Below are positions 61,488 to 64,000 of a stretch of DNA of 64,000 nt, in pieces. Where the stretch lies: the NCBI GenBank assembly GCA_964600285.1, contig CAZRIZ010000001.1, positions 188 to 64,187 of the forward strand. The letters are read 5' to 3'. Both the position numbers and the translations under genes were made by a program. The number at the start of each line of letters is the position of its first letter. The stretch's first letter is position 1. The notes under the pieces were generated by a model. It saw nothing but the letters and a program-made list of their open reading frames with translations. It was not told the origin of the DNA and did no database searches. The stretch comes from an uncultured Candidatus Saccharibacteria bacterium. GTDB lineage: Bacteria; Patescibacteriota; Saccharimonadia; Saccharimonadales; Saccharimonadaceae.

Positions 61488-62671
61488 GTTCTTATATCTT
61501 AGGTAAAATGTTAGCAAGTTCGGGACGTTTGTTTGAGTTCATGATAAGAGATTTCGAAAAAGCAACGGGCAATAGCTCGATTGATCTCGGACTCTTGGGC
61601 GACGTGACCGCGAAAACTAGTTTCCATCTGCGTAAACTAAAGCTATCTCCAGCAGATACTTTGCCAGAAGAGTTAGTTGAGGCTCTGATGGTCCAGCTAA
61701 AGACTGATATCAAAAAAGTTGATCACCAGGTTGTGGGGCAAAACGAAGACCTTGCCTTCTTTAATATCCAATTAGTCCGACTACTGAACGATATCTTAGA
61801 CCAAAAGGTCTATAGGCTGTCAGATAAGGCCTTAATTCGTTTAGCTAAGTTTTGTCCTCCAGAGACGACTATGAAACGCTTAAAATTCAAATCGGTTGAC
61901 GAGTTAATCCGACGATTTAACATCGCCGAACTTATGACGGTAGCTTGGGTGCAAGAAAAAGCTACTTGGCGTGAGCAGATTGTGGCTGAAATTGCCAAGA
62001 TGGAGGCGCAAGATTATGAAATCAAAGAAATCTATTTTGTAGCGCTTGACCCAGACTTAGAGAGAATTTATAAATCATCAGATAATTTCATTAGAAATAG
62101 CCTTGTCGGTACGATCTTGTTTAGGCCATATCAAACTAAGTTGGAATTTGGAATCTTGGATGGCTTAGTTCGCGGTCTTAATGCCGCTAAAAGGATGATT
62201 GATGAATCAAATCAGCTACAAATAATGTCGCTGAGTAGTGATTATCCAGCACTTATTACTGATTGGCTACTTTACCAAGAAAACATTGCGTGGCAACTAA
62301 ATGGAATAATCCTGCCTTGGCGTTCAGTTTATCGAGCCATGGCTGAGCCTGGTCCTTTGAACGAAGCGCTTCTAGAAGCTTATCCTGGTGTTGAGTTGGC
62401 TAGGTTGGATATTAGTGACGAAATTGCTGAGCAATTTGCTACTCTAGATTTTTGGGCCGACACTGACTATCTAGCCTTTAGACATAAAGATCAAATGGTA
62501 TCGCTCAGCTTGCTAGATTTGCTAGACCCAGAGTATAAACAATTCAAATACGGTAGTCGGCACCACTTTGAAGAGGCTTTGTGGGATGAGTTGCTCAGAC
62601 TCTACTTGAGCCAGACCAGAATGGTAACCAGAATTATGTTGTTCTTGAAATCAAATGTAATTAAAAAGTAG
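61484..62671 (+). CDS. Hypothetical protein (395 aa), overlapping the kinase stop codon
   Basis: ATGA overlap with the pfkB-family gene. The product is soluble and I recognise no family. Confidence 0.65.
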   Translation: MSSYILGKMLASSGRLFEFMIRDFEKATGNSSIDLGLLGDVTAKTSFHLRKLKLSPADTLPEELVEALMVQLKTDIKKVDHQVVGQNEDLAFFNIQLVRLLNDILDQKVYRLSDKALIRLAKFCPPETTMKRLKFKSVDELIRRFNIAELMTVAWVQEKATWREQIVAEIAKMEAQDYEIKEIYFVALDPDLERIYKSSDNFIRNSLVGTILFRPYQTKLEFGILDGLVRGLNAAKRMIDESNQLQIMSLSSDYPALITDWLLYQENIAWQLNGIILPWRSVYRAMAEPGPLNEALLEAYPGVELARLDISDEIAEQFATLDFWADTDYLAFRHKDQMVSLSLLDLLDPEYKQFKYGSRHHFEEALWDELLRLYLSQTRMVTRIMLFLKSNVIKK

Positions 62672-62674
62672 TAA

Positions 62675-64000
62675 TTATTTCTTAGGTTTTTTATCCTGTT
62701 TGCTACGTATCTCAGCGATGGTGTCGCGTAGCTCAGCGGCTTTCTCGAATTCTAAATTAGCGCTAGCTAGTTTCATTTGTCCAGTCAAGTCGCGAATAAC
62801 TTGGTCGTATTCATCAGGTGGAATTTTAGAAACGTCCAGTTTTTTCAAGGCTTTTTCTTCTTTTGGTATAAAGGCACGAAGCCCTTCAGTGATAGTCTTC
62901 TTAATACCAGTTGGTGTTATGTTATGAGATTTATTATAGTCTTCTTGCATTTTGCGTCGGCGGTTGGTCTCATCGATGGCATTTTTCATAGAGTCGGTCA
63001 TATTGTCGGCATACATTATGACAGTTCCATCAACGTGGCGAGCAGCTCGTCCGATGGTCTGGATTAGGGCTTGGCTAGAGCGCAGGAAGCCTTCTTTATC
63101 GGCGTCAATTATTGCGACTAGGCTGACTTCTGGCAAGTCTAGACCTTCGCGCAAGAGGTTAATTCCGACTAAAACATCGTAGACTCCGAGACGCAAATCT
63201 TTTAAGATATCGCTACGTTCTAATGTATCGATGTCGCTGTGAAGATAGGCGGTTTTTATGCCGATTTCGGTGAGATAAACGCTTAAATCTTCCGCCATGC
63301 GCTTGGTAAGGGTTGTCACTAGGACGCGTTGCTTGCGGCCAACGCGAAGTTTAATTTGACTAATCAGATCGTCAATTTGATGCTTACTTGGCTTTAGTTC
63401 GATTTTCGGATCAAGAAGTCCGGTAGGGCGAATAACTTGCTGGGCCGTTGGTTTGGCAGAAGCTTCTAGCTCATATTCACCAGGTGTGGCAGAAGTATAA
63501 ATAACTTGGTTGATATGTTTGTCAAATTCAGTAAAAGTAAGTGGTCGGTTATCTAGTGCACTAGGTAGGCGAAAACCAAAATCGACAAGAGTTTGTTTGC
63601 GCGAACGGTCGCCATTATACATACCGCGTATCTGTGGCAAGGTCATGTGCGACTCGTCTACGATTAGTAGGAAGTCGTCTGGGAAATAATCCATCAACGT
63701 TGCTGGTTGCTCACCAACTTCACGATTTGTTAGGTATCGGCTGTAATTTTCGATACCTTTTACAAAGCCAGTTTCTTTTAATATCTCAGTATCAAAATTG
63801 ATACGCTGTTCTAGGCGTTGGGCTTCGACATACTGGCTGTGCTTTAGAAAGTATTCATGACGTGGCTTGAATTCGGCTTTTATTTTTGTAATTACCTCTT
63901 CAATTCGATCGCGTGGCGCTACATAGTGAGAGTTTGGAAAGATAGTTAGCTCTTTTGGCTCGCTAGTTATCTCGCCGGTTAGCGGGTCTATAATGGTCAG
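62675..64000 (-). CDS. uvrB: Excinuclease ABC subunit B; the 5' end lies outside the window
   Basis: The track ORF starts at an internal TTG (63697). The same frame stays open to 64000 and reads ...IFPNSHYVAPRDR...SRYLTNREVGEQPATLMDYFPDDFLLIVDESH..., followed by helicase motifs and a C-terminal UVR domain (FEKAAELRD). Confidence 0.93.
   Translation of the reverse strand: MTIIDPLTGEITSEPKELTIFPNSHYVAPRDRIEEVITKIKAEFKPRHEYFLKHSQYVEAQRLEQRINFDTEILKETGFVKGIENYSRYLTNREVGEQPATLMDYFPDDFLLIVDESHMTLPQIRGMYNGDRSRKQTLVDFGFRLPSALDNRPLTFTEFDKHINQVIYTSATPGEYELEASAKPTAQQVIRPTGLLDPKIELKPSKHQIDDLISQIKLRVGRKQRVLVTTLTKRMAEDLSVYLTEIGIKTAYLHSDIDTLERSDILKDLRLGVYDVLVGINLLREGLDLPEVSLVAIIDADKEGFLRSSQALIQTIGRAARHVDGTVIMYADNMTDSMKNAIDETNRRRKMQEDYNKSHNITPTGIKKTITEGLRAFIPKEEKALKKLDVSKIPPDEYDQVIRDLTGQMKLASANLEFEKAAELRDTIAEIRSKQDKKPKK

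Noticed and set aside
1-64000. I looked for CRISPR arrays, rRNA, tmRNA, RNase P or SRP RNA, transposases, integrases, recombinases, reverse transcriptases, restriction-modification systems and known defence genes.
   Set aside because: I found no regularly spaced direct repeats, and none of the translated ORFs carries the corresponding signature motifs. Absence judged by eye is not proof, so Rfam and HMM scans should confirm it.
1-64000. An alternative genetic code with UGA recoded, as in some CPR lineages.
   Set aside because: TGA terminates well-conserved genes at the expected length (for example rsmA at 14656-14658 and ftsA at 26156-26158). Conserved proteins have no in-frame TGA. The standard code fits.
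10599-64000. uvrD, uvrA, uvrC and uvrB all fall in one window, which might suggest a repair island.
   Set aside because: They are dispersed among unrelated housekeeping genes, have separate promoters and lie on both strands. This is most simply explained by a small, dense genome.

Overview
A dense 64-kb chromosomal window with about 60 CDS and 5 tRNA genes. TGA, TAA and TAG all terminate well-conserved genes, so it uses the standard genetic code. Hand-counted G+C is roughly 45% in ordinary lines (27/60 at 5101-5160). The gene content and the shortened housekeeping proteins suggest a reduced-genome, Gram-positive-like bacterium. A CPR/Patescibacteria member, plausibly Saccharibacteria, fits best, but this is inference and there is no rRNA in the window to confirm it. 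The core is a roughly 37-kb co-directional plus-strand array (5086-42502). It carries glycolysis genes (pyk, pgk, tpiA), DNA repair (uvrD/pcrA, uvrA, uvrC, sbcB), translation and tRNA modification (metG, alaS, rsmA, mnmA, a cysteine desulfurase, rplY, obg), and cell-envelope or division genes (YabE-like, ftsA, ruvX-mltG, a LysM-CHAP hydrolase, secG, an OppA-like binding protein). The second half carries typA, rarA, ddl, mscL, an FKBP isomerase, trxB, ppa, a short Rel, a gap-rpiB-rpe-pfkB sugar-phosphate operon and a partial uvrB. Three things stand out. (1) At 1266-3878 there is a strongly GC-rich two-gene cassette (42/60 G+C at 1441-1500) encoding Pro/Thr-rich membrane proteins. It is bracketed by 25-bp inverted repeats, sits about 200 bp from tRNA-Glu, and has no transposase or integrase. 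(2) At 42.5-49.0 kb there is a tRNA-punctuated accessory region (Leu, Leu, Val, Val) interleaved with ORFans. It includes a roughly 0.7-kb tandem duplication of a Q/P-rich membrane-protein gene and a structured leader RNA. (3) Many operon-first genes have a -10 box 6-9 nt upstream of the ATG and no Shine-Dalgarno sequence, which suggests widespread leaderless transcription. I saw no CRISPR array, rRNA, transposase, integrase or recognisable defence gene.
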